64,000 nt of DNA from a virus: the IMG/VR virus record IMGVR_UViG_3300044641_004856, positions 28,875 through 92,874 of that record; one strand, written 5' to 3'. Below the pieces are notes generated by a model, which saw only the letters and a list, made by a program, of their open reading frames with translations, ran no database searches and was not told the origin of the DNA. This document shows, in pieces, positions 36,930 through 45,561 of the stretch. The position numbers and the translations under genes are program-made. Numbering within the stretch: the first letter of the stretch is position 1; each line of letters opens with the position of its first letter.

Positions 36930-37331
36930 ATGTCAGATTATCGTCAGATGGGACAGGCTATGCGTCGTCGTGCAGGTGCATCAAGCAGCACACTAGGTGG
37001 TGCTGATAAAAAAGTTTCAGTTGAAGTTCCTGATGCAATTAGCGACATGCTAAATGCGTCAAGTGCTCGTCTGTCTGTGGGTGCAGTTCGTGGAAAGTTA
37101 ATTCCTAAGAAGAACACACAAGCAGCAGACCCAACAGTTATGGGACCAAAAGCAAAGCGTGCTCCTATGCAAGCAGGTGCTGAAAAACTTGGACCAGCAT
37201 GCAGAATCACTTCTTCATATTCTGTTACTTCTCCAGAAGCAGCATCAACCATGAGAAATGGTAGAATTGTTTCAAGCACAATGGGAACTCGAGCATCACT
37301 TACAGATTCCATTCACGACTCAAGAGCGTAA
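36930..37331 (+). CDS. Basic, likely disordered hypothetical protein
   Basis: 133 aa; AAGGAG RBS. Confidence 0.6.
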   Translation: MSDYRQMGQAMRRRAGASSSTLGGADKKVSVEVPDAISDMLNASSARLSVGAVRGKLIPKKNTQAADPTVMGPKAKRAPMQAGAEKLGPACRITSSYSVTSPEAASTMRNGRIVSSTMGTRASLTDSIHDSRA

Positions 37332-37332
37332 C

Positions 37333-37575
37333 ATGAGTTCGAATGCTCTATCTGCTGCACAAGGTGGAGAGATGCCAAAACCATATAGGTATTCTGGCTA
37401 CACTGCTCCAAAAGGATTAGGCAGCGTAAACGCAACCACACAAAGTAAGCGTACTGCGTGGACAAATGACAGCGACCCTTACGGAACCCCACAGCCTTTA
37501 TCAAAGCAGACACAAGGGTCTTATTACAAGTGGGATGATGGAAGTGCTTCTCAACCTAGCGTTGAAAAAAGATAG
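37333..37575 (+). CDS. Hypothetical protein
   Basis: ATG 2 nt after the upstream stop; 80 aa. Confidence 0.55.
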   Translation: MSSNALSAAQGGEMPKPYRYSGYTAPKGLGSVNATTQSKRTAWTNDSDPYGTPQPLSKQTQGSYYKWDDGSASQPSVEKR

Positions 37576-37648
37576 GTCGTGTCGCAGTAGTTTTCGTTAA
37601 ATAGTTTGTATACTAATTCGTAGACAAACTCTTAACAAAGGACTACTT

Positions 37649-37903
37649 ATGGCAGACGAGTCGCTTCTTTCAGTTCTTGACGAACTGTTAGCAAAAGCAG
37701 AAGCCCCCACGGTTCGCCCATGGACATGTAAATTTGCTAAGTGGTTAGAGACGTTAACAGCCGATGAAATATCTCGCGTTAATAAGATAATGGAATCAAA
37801 CATAACTCATGCAGAACTTCATCGATTACTTTCGAGAGTGTGTGATGTTAGTCGGGACACCATCAGGACTCATAGAACAGGACGCTGTGCATGTCGAAGT
37901 TAA
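37649..37903 (+). CDS. Small HTH/Zn-binding protein
   Basis: C...VSRDTIRTHRTGRCAC; overlaps the phosphoesterase gene. Confidence 0.6.
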   Translation: MADESLLSVLDELLAKAEAPTVRPWTCKFAKWLETLTADEISRVNKIMESNITHAELHRLLSRVCDVSRDTIRTHRTGRCACRS

Positions 37904-39105
37904 ACCCAGAAGATTTAGATAAGGTTCTTACCGATGCTGAACAACTAGTAGTTGAGTCAAAAATTAATGAAGTCCTACAGAAAAACGGAATTAACCGCGA
38001 GGAAGTTGGGAAGATTTCTCGGGTTAGTGTATCTACTTACCAAACGGTTACTAAAGGTGAAGACGGCGAACCAGTCATCAACGACCTTGAAGCGGTTAAG
38101 GTTGTTCTCCATCCTTCTTGGGAAGCAGGACCGCAATGGGAAATAATTCGTCCTGCAACCCCAGTAGAAGTAAAACTACCTTGGAAACCCCAGGTTAAAA
38201 AGAAATCTGAAACAGATTTAAAGTGTGCTTTTATTTTACCTGACCCTCAAATTGGTTACCGTAAATACGAAGATGGAACGCTAGACCCCTTTCATGATGA
38301 CCAAGCCATTGATGTTGCTTTACAAATCATGGCGTTTGTTCAAGAAAAATATGGCATTGATGTAGTAATTAATCTTGGAGATTTCTTAGATTTACCAGAA
38401 CATTCAAAATTTATTCAGGAAGCAGCCTTTGCTGGAACAACACAACTAGCCATTAACTATGGTCACGAATTTTTAGCAAAACAAAGGGCTATTTCACCAG
38501 AAGCCCGTATTGTTTTACTTGAAGGAAACCACGATAATCGTTTGAACCTTTATGCAACTAGAAATGCTCAGGCTTCTTATGGACTAAAAAAAGCGGGGGA
38601 TGTTAACGGAGACCCTGTATTAAGTGTTCAAAACCTTTTATGCTTAAAAGAATTAAACGTTGAGTTTTACGATAAGTACCCTTCTCAAGAGTCTATGGTT
38701 TGGTTAGGTAAATACTTGCGTGCCATGCATGGAAATAAAGTCCGAAGTAATGGAAACACAGCAGTTGCTTACACAAACGATACCCCACACCTATCAACTA
38801 TTTTTGGTCACATTCATCGCATTGAGATGCAGTACAGAACAACGTTTGATGCAGATGGTCCGATTAGAAGCGTTTCCGTCAGCCCTGGATGTTTGTGTCG
38901 AGTTGATGGTGCTGTTCCAGGAGCAAACTCTGGAGTTGGTGGAGATGGTCGTCCAGGGAAACACTATGAGAACTGGCAACAGGGTCTTGCTGTAGTTTGG
39001 TATAACGAAACTTCGGGAAGATTTTCGGTAGAGACTGTTAACATTATTGAAGGAACTGCTCTATACCAAGGTCAAGAATTTCTAAGTTCTAAAACCTCTA
39101 CGTAG
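37891..39105 (+). CDS. Calcineurin-like metallophosphoesterase
   Basis: PDPQ, GDFLD, GNHD, HG, GHIH, WQQG. Confidence 0.88.
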   Translation: MSKLNPEDLDKVLTDAEQLVVESKINEVLQKNGINREEVGKISRVSVSTYQTVTKGEDGEPVINDLEAVKVVLHPSWEAGPQWEIIRPATPVEVKLPWKPQVKKKSETDLKCAFILPDPQIGYRKYEDGTLDPFHDDQAIDVALQIMAFVQEKYGIDVVINLGDFLDLPEHSKFIQEAAFAGTTQLAINYGHEFLAKQRAISPEARIVLLEGNHDNRLNLYATRNAQASYGLKKAGDVNGDPVLSVQNLLCLKELNVEFYDKYPSQESMVWLGKYLRAMHGNKVRSNGNTAVAYTNDTPHLSTIFGHIHRIEMQYRTTFDADGPIRSVSVSPGCLCRVDGAVPGANSGVGGDGRPGKHYENWQQGLAVVWYNETSGRFSVETVNIIEGTALYQGQEFLSSKTST

Positions 39106-39242
39106 TGCATTTCAATTTCAAATTTAGCCATATCAATATCTGAAGTTACTGAACCGTGCCACCCACATTTAGTTGGGTTACAAGTGGCTTGGTAAAGGAC
39201 ATCACTTACGATAGCGACCACAGCGTGGTGTTTTAAGCCCAT
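39072..39242 (-). CDS. Small putative Zn-binding protein on the opposite strand (56 aa)
   Basis: Manual translation MGLKHHAVV...YQATCNPTKCGWHG...EMHYVE; AGGGAG RBS upstream. Confidence 0.55.
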   Translation of the reverse strand: MGLKHHAVVAIVSDVLYQATCNPTKCGWHGSVTSDIDMAKFEIEMHYVEVLELRNS

Positions 39243-39294
39243 TTGGTACTCCCTTTATCCTGACAAACGCTATCTTATCTTAGAACATATAGGT

Positions 39295-39915
39295 ATGAGT
39301 AATTCAGCCCTTAGTGATGGTCAATTTGCGGAGCACTTAAACAACCCCAACACGGGTGGAGCCTCCTTGAACTTTAAAGACCGAACAGAGGTTTCAGGTA
39401 AAGGGTTTATGACGGCTTTTTCTGGGGCTGAGAAAACACTACCACTACCCGCAAAAGAAGAAGACATAACTTCTTTTAAAGAAAAGAATAAACCTGCAGT
39501 TGAGGGTAATGCAGCAGCAGTTCACGGTGCTTGGAAATACCCAGAGGGACATTACACTCAAGATTTATCAGTACAAGTGTCGACTCCTAGTGCATCTCAA
39601 AAAATGGGAGAAGAGGAAAAACAACAGGCTGCTTACGCATTGCCTGGAAGTCGAGTGTCCAGTCGAGGACATCACCTTAAAGAAGGTGGCGATGTTTTAT
39701 TCCACACTGCTGACTTAGGAAAAAATGATTCAGACCCACGCTATCGCCCAGGTGCGTTAGATATGGCAGGCGGTAAAGGTAGTTTTACTCGTAATCAATA
39801 CGCAAACAAAGACTGGAAAAAAGTTGGTGGAACCTTAAATGGTAAACCAGTTAATTACGAAAGCGTTTTAAGAACAATAAATGAAAACCGCACAAATCGT
39901 ATGAGAGGTGAATAA
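39295..39915 (+). CDS. Hypothetical protein
   Basis: 206 aa; GGAS...HGAW...QDLSV...QQAAY pattern; function unknown. Confidence 0.65.
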   Translation: MSNSALSDGQFAEHLNNPNTGGASLNFKDRTEVSGKGFMTAFSGAEKTLPLPAKEEDITSFKEKNKPAVEGNAAAVHGAWKYPEGHYTQDLSVQVSTPSASQKMGEEEKQQAAYALPGSRVSSRGHHLKEGGDVLFHTADLGKNDSDPRYRPGALDMAGGKGSFTRNQYANKDWKKVGGTLNGKPVNYESVLRTINENRTNRMRGE

Positions 39916-40445
39916 TGCCTAGCAGCAGCATGTCTCCAAATCAAGATTGGCAAGCACTTGGTGCAGGTGGTTTGTACGGATATAACAACCAAGGGGGTTC
40001 GGGTGGACCTGCTGTCAGAGATAATTTAGATTTTCAAAGATTAGGTGTAGGACGAGTTCCGTCTGCTGAGTATCCTGACGGATATTTAGGTACACTTACT
40101 ACACGTCGTCGAGATGACAAACTTCTTGATTCACTCAAGAATAACGTTAACAAGAAGGCGTATCAACGAGGTGTTCACAAAGGTGAACGCATTGAGCCAA
40201 GTGGTTATTACTGGCCTACCGAGTTGCAACCGACCCGTGGATTATCACGCCAAATGAATGCGAAAATGGATAATGCCAACGGGACAGTTGTGTATCGGGT
40301 GGCTCGCAATAGCCCAGTGGTTGAACTGACCCCTGCCCCGCATCTCGTTAATGATGGAAAAGCAAACTTACGTGCCGACCAACCTGGACAATTAAATCCA
40401 AAGAGAGCATCTCAACTTTTAAACATGCGTCCTTCTTGGAGATAA
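39915..40445 (+). CDS. Hypothetical protein
   Basis: 176 aa; TAATG coupling. Confidence 0.65.
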   Translation: MPSSSMSPNQDWQALGAGGLYGYNNQGGSGGPAVRDNLDFQRLGVGRVPSAEYPDGYLGTLTTRRRDDKLLDSLKNNVNKKAYQRGVHKGERIEPSGYYWPTELQPTRGLSRQMNAKMDNANGTVVYRVARNSPVVELTPAPHLVNDGKANLRADQPGQLNPKRASQLLNMRPSWR

Positions 40446-40446
40446 C

Positions 40447-41079
40447 ATGGCAGAGGAATTAGCAAAGCGGGTTGTTTTTAGCCCCATCATGTCGCAACAG
40501 TTGATGCAAAAGAATGTTGACAACATTACTTCTCGCTTCAAATCAGCCACTAAAGAACAACGGGCTGAAGGTGTAGATTGGTATAAAAGAGCCAATGACA
40601 TAGCCTTTGAATTAGGAAAAGGCGATGTTAAAAAAGGTGCTGGCATTTTGTCAGCATTAAGCCCTGCCATGGAGTGGAACCGTAATATCCGTGCTGCTAG
40701 AGAACTAGTAAACACAGGGGAAACAACACATCAGTATTACTCTTCAACAGTTGTTAAAGCCAAAAGAATTTTAGAGGGCGAAGACCCAGACACACTGTTT
40801 AATGAAAAAACAGGTGCAAAGACACTTAATTTTTATCACAATATTGCAAACCCTGAAGACCCTTTGCCAGTAACTATTGACCGTCATGCTCATGATATTG
40901 CGGTAGGTGAAAAAGGTTCTATGACAAAAACCTTAAGCGGTCACTTAGCAGGACCTAGGTATCGCCACTTCTCTGAAGCCTATAGAAACGCTGCTCACGA
41001 ATTAGGTATACCAATTGCTAATCAAGTTCAAGCGGTAACATGGGGAACTCAACCAAAGGGAAGACAGGCAAATGGCTAG
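40447..41079 (+). CDS. Putative HhH/DNA-glycosylase-like phage protein (DUF7178-like)
   Basis: GVDWY, ILSALSP..W.RN, KTLNFYHNI, VTIDRHA, AY..AA..LG...QVQAVTW. Confidence 0.55.
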   Translation: MAEELAKRVVFSPIMSQQLMQKNVDNITSRFKSATKEQRAEGVDWYKRANDIAFELGKGDVKKGAGILSALSPAMEWNRNIRAARELVNTGETTHQYYSSTVVKAKRILEGEDPDTLFNEKTGAKTLNFYHNIANPEDPLPVTIDRHAHDIAVGEKGSMTKTLSGHLAGPRYRHFSEAYRNAAHELGIPIANQVQAVTWGTQPKGRQANG

Positions 41080-41443
41080 AGGTAGTGGAACAGACGGTCG
41101 TTATGACCACACAAAGCCTTGGACTCAACGTCCTCCATTTATGCCTGACCAAGTTGCAAAACGCTGGCAATATAGCGGTCCTTGGTCTTCTAACGAAGAA
41201 CGTTTAACTTCTCAAGCACTAATGGTTATGAATGTTCCAGGTGCAGACATTCAAGCAATGGTTCGCCCTAACCTTCCTCAAATTCGTTTATTTCCAGAAA
41301 AATACGGCTACAACAGAAAAACTTTAGGCATCGATGACATAGTTACTATCGACCGTAATTACATTGAACCAAGAGTTGGTTGGTACTCAGGAGGAGTAGC
41401 AGGTTACACAGGTTCTATGAGAAACAGTTTGGGGAATAATTAA
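41072..41443 (+). CDS. Hypothetical protein
   Basis: 123-aa ORF, overlapping/coupled. Confidence 0.6.
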   Translation: MARGSGTDGRYDHTKPWTQRPPFMPDQVAKRWQYSGPWSSNEERLTSQALMVMNVPGADIQAMVRPNLPQIRLFPEKYGYNRKTLGIDDIVTIDRNYIEPRVGWYSGGVAGYTGSMRNSLGNN

Positions 41444-41643
41444 TGGATGAAGAATCAGGCGGTTTAACTTTGGATATGCAAGCCAAATTAGTTATGGATA
41501 ACACCGTAAAATATAACGGCTCTGCTCCTTGCCCACAGTGTGGTGTTATTATGGACCCTGTGTCTATGATGTATAGCAAAGGTATGTGTCCACAGTGTTT
41601 CTCCCAGCATTCTGCAAAACGTCTTAAGGATAGAATGGCATGA
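41443..41643 (+). CDS. Small zinc-finger protein
   Basis: CPQC...CPQC. Confidence 0.6.
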   Translation: MDEESGGLTLDMQAKLVMDNTVKYNGSAPCPQCGVIMDPVSMMYSKGMCPQCFSQHSAKRLKDRMA

Positions 41644-42242
41644 GCAAGAAACCACGGACAAAAACTAAAAGCGGTAAGCCACTACTTAAGTCAGGAAAAA
41701 TTGCTGTCCCTACAGTAAAAAGAGGTGAAGACGGAAAGTTAGTTGGCACTTCTCCTCAAGAAAGGGAGGCTGCTCGTAGAACAGAACTACCTACGGCTGA
41801 CAGAAACAAAATGGGAGTTCCAGAACCAACGGTTGGTTCAGTCCAAAGAGTTTCAGCAGTTCGTGGTGTTGGCACACCCGCAAAAGGTGCAGCAGGTTCT
41901 TACCCTGTTATAAAGGGTCTTGTAGACCAAGCAAGAATGCACCTAAAGAACATGCAAGAAACTCACGGAACCCCAGCCTTCCATGAGCACCATGAGTCCT
42001 TTAACCAAGTCCATGCAACCCTAGCCATAGGTGCTCCAGACATTCATGTGTCCCTCAAAGTGGCAAAAGACCAAGTGGTGAACCCCACCGAAAACTCTTC
42101 AAAGCACTTAGCCCTGGCTCATCAAGCAATTGATGACAGACTTAGCATTTATAAGAACTCCTCAGAGAGTAACATTGAGAATAGTCAAGCAGGCTATCAG
42201 GAACGTATGAGAAAAATTCGTGCTGAAAGGAACAACTCATGA
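41640..42242 (+). CDS. Basic hypothetical protein
   Basis: 200 aa; ATGA coupling. Confidence 0.6.
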   Translation: MSKKPRTKTKSGKPLLKSGKIAVPTVKRGEDGKLVGTSPQEREAARRTELPTADRNKMGVPEPTVGSVQRVSAVRGVGTPAKGAAGSYPVIKGLVDQARMHLKNMQETHGTPAFHEHHESFNQVHATLAIGAPDIHVSLKVAKDQVVNPTENSSKHLALAHQAIDDRLSIYKNSSESNIENSQAGYQERMRKIRAERNNS

Positions 42243-42556
42243 ATTGGAATGACCGCCGTAAGGCAAAAAATGCTGCAAGTTCAGAAATGAAAAAAAACCT
42301 TTCTGCTATGGCAAAAGCGGGAACTTTACGTGCAGAACCAAAGCGTTCCGCAGATAACTGGTCAAGTACTGGAAAAGACGAACGCCGTGCTGTTTCTAAT
42401 GAAGCACGTCAAGTTGGTTGGGAAGCAGGCAACGACCCATACGCTAGAGCAAAAAATTACAAGACTGCAGCAAAACGTGTCTCCGACAACCCTGCAAAGT
42501 ATCACTTGAGTGATAAAGAACCAATGCGAGCAAATCCAAAGAAGGCAGGTAAATAA
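42239..42556 (+). CDS. Basic hypothetical protein
   Basis: 105 aa; ATGA coupling. Confidence 0.6.
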   Translation: MNWNDRRKAKNAASSEMKKNLSAMAKAGTLRAEPKRSADNWSSTGKDERRAVSNEARQVGWEAGNDPYARAKNYKTAAKRVSDNPAKYHLSDKEPMRANPKKAGK

Positions 42557-42558
42557 TC

Positions 42559-42765
42559 ATGGCAGTTAACTCATCACGTTCAATGAACGCTTCACTAGAT
42601 GCTGGTGCAACAGACGGTAAGTATCGTAAGGCTCGTCCTGATACTGAAGTTGTTGCAGGTGCAGGCACTGAAGAAACTTTGGCTAATCGCCAAGCACTAC
42701 ACCCATTTCTTAACTATGGTTTTGCAACTACTGAACATCCAAATAAGGTAAACCCTGGTAAGTAA
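42559..42765 (+). CDS. Hypothetical protein
   Basis: 68 aa, tightly packed with neighbours. Confidence 0.6.
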   Translation: MAVNSSRSMNASLDAGATDGKYRKARPDTEVVAGAGTEETLANRQALHPFLNYGFATTEHPNKVNPGK

Positions 42766-42954
42766 ATGACGAAAAAAAGACCTCGTGGCATTGGTGCTAA
42801 AGCAGGTAAAGGTGGAGCAAAGCAAGTAAGAGTTGAGTTCACCGAAGAACGTAAAGAAGGTGGTGGGGCAAAGCCTAACCGTAAAAAAGGTGGCAAAGTT
42901 AGAAGACCAATTCCAACCGTTGGTGGTAGGAAGCGTCGCGTTCAAATAGATTAA
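42766..42954 (+). CDS. Lys/Arg/Gly-rich microprotein
   Basis: 62 aa, extremely basic. Confidence 0.55.
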   Translation: MTKKRPRGIGAKAGKGGAKQVRVEFTEERKEGGGAKPNRKKGGKVRRPIPTVGGRKRRVQID

Positions 42955-42994
42955 TTAACGGTAGACTTACCGTTTACTAAACAAGGAGTAATAC

Positions 42995-43549
42995 ATGGGC
43001 CAAATCCCTCTATTGGGTTCTCGTAAATCTGATGACCACAACTCTGGTCCAGTCATTCGTCTTTTGCACTGCAAAGTGTGTAACAGTATTGAAGAACTTC
43101 CACCTTACACAGGTGCTCCAGAACAAGACTACTTATTAGAAATTGCTTGCGAAAAGCATAAGTTTCCTTCTGGAGAAGAACATAAAGGATTGCTCTTTAT
43201 TGTTCCAGTAAAGGCGTGGGCTAATACAGATGCTCGCAAAGATATGATTCGCCAAATTAAAGGTGGTGGCTCTAAAGGCCTTGACGAAATTGACTCTACT
43301 TTCTACGATACTAAGAGTCAATTTGGTGAAGATGCCATGAACTGCTGGAAGAGCAGAAATAGACCACAAGACAGTTGCCCTGATTATCAGACTGACAGCA
43401 AGAAACTTGTGCCTAATACAAAAAAGGAAAGAAAAGAGTTAGGATTAGACACAACGATGGCAGGACCAAAAAATTACTTGTGTCATTTTTGTCCAATCCA
43501 CGCTAAGGTAGTCCAACGTAAACGACAACTGATGGGAATGTATGACTAA
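42995..43549 (+). CDS. Cys/His-containing hypothetical protein
   Basis: CKVC, H..H, C...C, CHFC; AAGGAG RBS. Confidence 0.65.
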   Translation: MGQIPLLGSRKSDDHNSGPVIRLLHCKVCNSIEELPPYTGAPEQDYLLEIACEKHKFPSGEEHKGLLFIVPVKAWANTDARKDMIRQIKGGGSKGLDEIDSTFYDTKSQFGEDAMNCWKSRNRPQDSCPDYQTDSKKLVPNTKKERKELGLDTTMAGPKNYLCHFCPIHAKVVQRKRQLMGMYD

Positions 43550-43898
43550 CATGGAAAACGCTAACCTAGACCTCGATTTCTACTTTGTTGTAGGAGTTGA
43601 AAAAGACGGAAATATCCAAACTTACAAGGAGTTACCTTCAAACGTAACTACTGAACGTCAAGCATCAACGTTTGACATTTACAAAGTTGCAAAAGAGATT
43701 GTCTCTGACATTGAGGCTTCACTACTTGCAGACCGCGTAGTTGCTGGTGTTATGAATGCTATGGCACAACGTGACATGACAGTTCAAGAAAGAATTGCTC
43801 AAAACCTAAAAGAACGCGGTGTTGAGTTTGACGCAAGCAACGGTCAAGAAGTTTCTTTTTCAACCGACCCTGTTGAAGCAGAAGTTGTAGAAGACTAA
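43542..43898 (+). CDS. Acidic hypothetical protein
   Basis: 118 aa. Confidence 0.6.
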   Translation: MTNMENANLDLDFYFVVGVEKDGNIQTYKELPSNVTTERQASTFDIYKVAKEIVSDIEASLLADRVVAGVMNAMAQRDMTVQERIAQNLKERGVEFDASNGQEVSFSTDPVEAEVVED

Positions 43899-43899
43899 A

Positions 43900-44112
43900 A
43901 TGGTTGCCATTGAGATGTCTTGTGCTTGTGGGGCTTCGCTAAGCCTTACAGGAGACAAAGAAGAGACTGAACAACTATGGCATCTCACACATAGGTTTAC
44001 CAACGCTCATACAGTTTGTGGCTTCATTGATGCTCCTGCTGTAGATAAAGAGCGACGTGTTCCTATGAAAAAGCACTTCTTCAAGCCGATAATTGAGGAC
44101 GATGAAGAGTAA
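43900..44112 (+). CDS. Small hypothetical protein (CxC...HxxC)
   Basis: 70 aa. Confidence 0.55.
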   Translation: MVAIEMSCACGASLSLTGDKEETEQLWHLTHRFTNAHTVCGFIDAPAVDKERRVPMKKHFFKPIIEDDEE

Positions 44113-44121
44113 AATAAAAGC

Positions 44122-45063
44122 ATGAACCGCAACGATGCTTTAACGCGAGTGGTTGGCTCAGTAAACATTTCTGAGGCAACCACTTCGTATTTTTCTAACC
44201 CTGAAAACGAGTTAGACCCTATTTTATTCCAAGGACAGACTGTAAAGCCATGGATTCGTAACAGTCTTTTAAGAATGATAAAAGATTGCTTAGACACAAC
44301 TTATAGGTCACAAGAATCTTGGGCAACTGCGTGGTTAGCAGGTTCAGGTGTTTCTTACCAATGGAAAGTGCAACGTTCACCTGCAGACCTTGATGTATTA
44401 ATCGGCGTGGATTATTTAACCTTTCGACGAAGTAATCCTGAATACACGCAGTTATCTGATACTGAAATTAGCAAGATGATAAACGATGACTTTCGCACCA
44501 AACTTATGCCCAACACTAAAAATTGGGAAGGCTATGAAGTCACCTTCTACGTAAACCCTGGTGCTACAGACATTCGTGTTATCAAACCTTATGCTGCTTA
44601 CGATTTAACACATAGTGAGTGGACAGTGCACCCTGACCCACAAGCACAACCAAAAAGTAATAGAGCATGGGAAGACGCAACACTTCGGGATAAACAAAAA
44701 GCCGTTGAGTTAGTCTCTAGGTATTCAACTGCAACTACAACATTACAAGCAGCCACTAACCCTGCTTCTCGAAGAAACGCTGAGTCACAATTACTTACTG
44801 TTTTAGAACAAGCATCTGCTTTGTGGGATGACATCCACAGTAGTAGAAAGAAAGCCTTTTCTGAAGCAGGAGAAGGCTACGGAGATTTCTACAACTACCG
44901 ATGGCAGGCAGGAAAAAAACTGGGGACTATTGCAGTTCTTCGCGTTATGAAAGATTACCTAGATTCTTTTAAAGAAACCGATGAGTTAGAAACTTACGGC
45001 GTAACACTTCCAGATACACAAACACTTATTCGTAGAGCAGCGACATACAGAACAGGCAGATAA
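44122..45063 (+). CDS. Pol-beta-superfamily nucleotidyltransferase
   Basis: hAGSG.S.QW...ADLDVLI signature, third acid in YEVTFYVN, AAYDL; helical C-terminus. Confidence 0.78.
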   Translation: MNRNDALTRVVGSVNISEATTSYFSNPENELDPILFQGQTVKPWIRNSLLRMIKDCLDTTYRSQESWATAWLAGSGVSYQWKVQRSPADLDVLIGVDYLTFRRSNPEYTQLSDTEISKMINDDFRTKLMPNTKNWEGYEVTFYVNPGATDIRVIKPYAAYDLTHSEWTVHPDPQAQPKSNRAWEDATLRDKQKAVELVSRYSTATTTLQAATNPASRRNAESQLLTVLEQASALWDDIHSSRKKAFSEAGEGYGDFYNYRWQAGKKLGTIAVLRVMKDYLDSFKETDELETYGVTLPDTQTLIRRAATYRTGR

Positions 45064-45064
45064 C

Positions 45065-45559
45065 TTGAACATACTCGTAGCATTAGAAGGTGTATTAAGT
45101 TCGGATAACAGTGATAACCCAAGCAGAGTCGGTGCTATGGTTTATTACGGATTTAAACCTGCTCATAGAGTTGCAATTTTTACTTCTTGGAGTAAACCTC
45201 AAGCAGAGCATTGGCTAAACGTAAATGGGTTTGTTGGTTATGACGAACTCATTGACAACACCTATGACCTTATTGGTGATGAGTTGGCTCAACGCCAAAT
45301 TACCGTTGCACGGTCAAGACAACAGGTAGAACTCTTGGTCACTGGTGACCCAAAGTTGGCAGCATGGGCATTTGAGCAAGGGCTACCTTCTTTAGTATTA
45401 GCCCACCCAGACACAATGCTTGTGCAAAATCGTCCCGATGCCCCAAAGAAGATGCGGGCTTGGACAGACATTGAAGACGTAATCACCAAAAGAAACATCA
45501 AGCGTTCTTTAGACATGTCTAAAGACGATGATGGTGCTCTTTTTAGATTTGATGACTAA
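45065..45559 (+). CDS. HAD-like fold protein, apparently degenerate
   Basis: ILVALEGVL in place of hhhDxDGVL; IFTSW; WL..NG..YDEL; TTG start. Confidence 0.6.
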   Translation: MNILVALEGVLSSDNSDNPSRVGAMVYYGFKPAHRVAIFTSWSKPQAEHWLNVNGFVGYDELIDNTYDLIGDELAQRQITVARSRQQVELLVTGDPKLAAWAFEQGLPSLVLAHPDTMLVQNRPDAPKKMRAWTDIEDVITKRNIKRSLDMSKDDDGALFRFDD

Positions 45560-45561
45560 TT

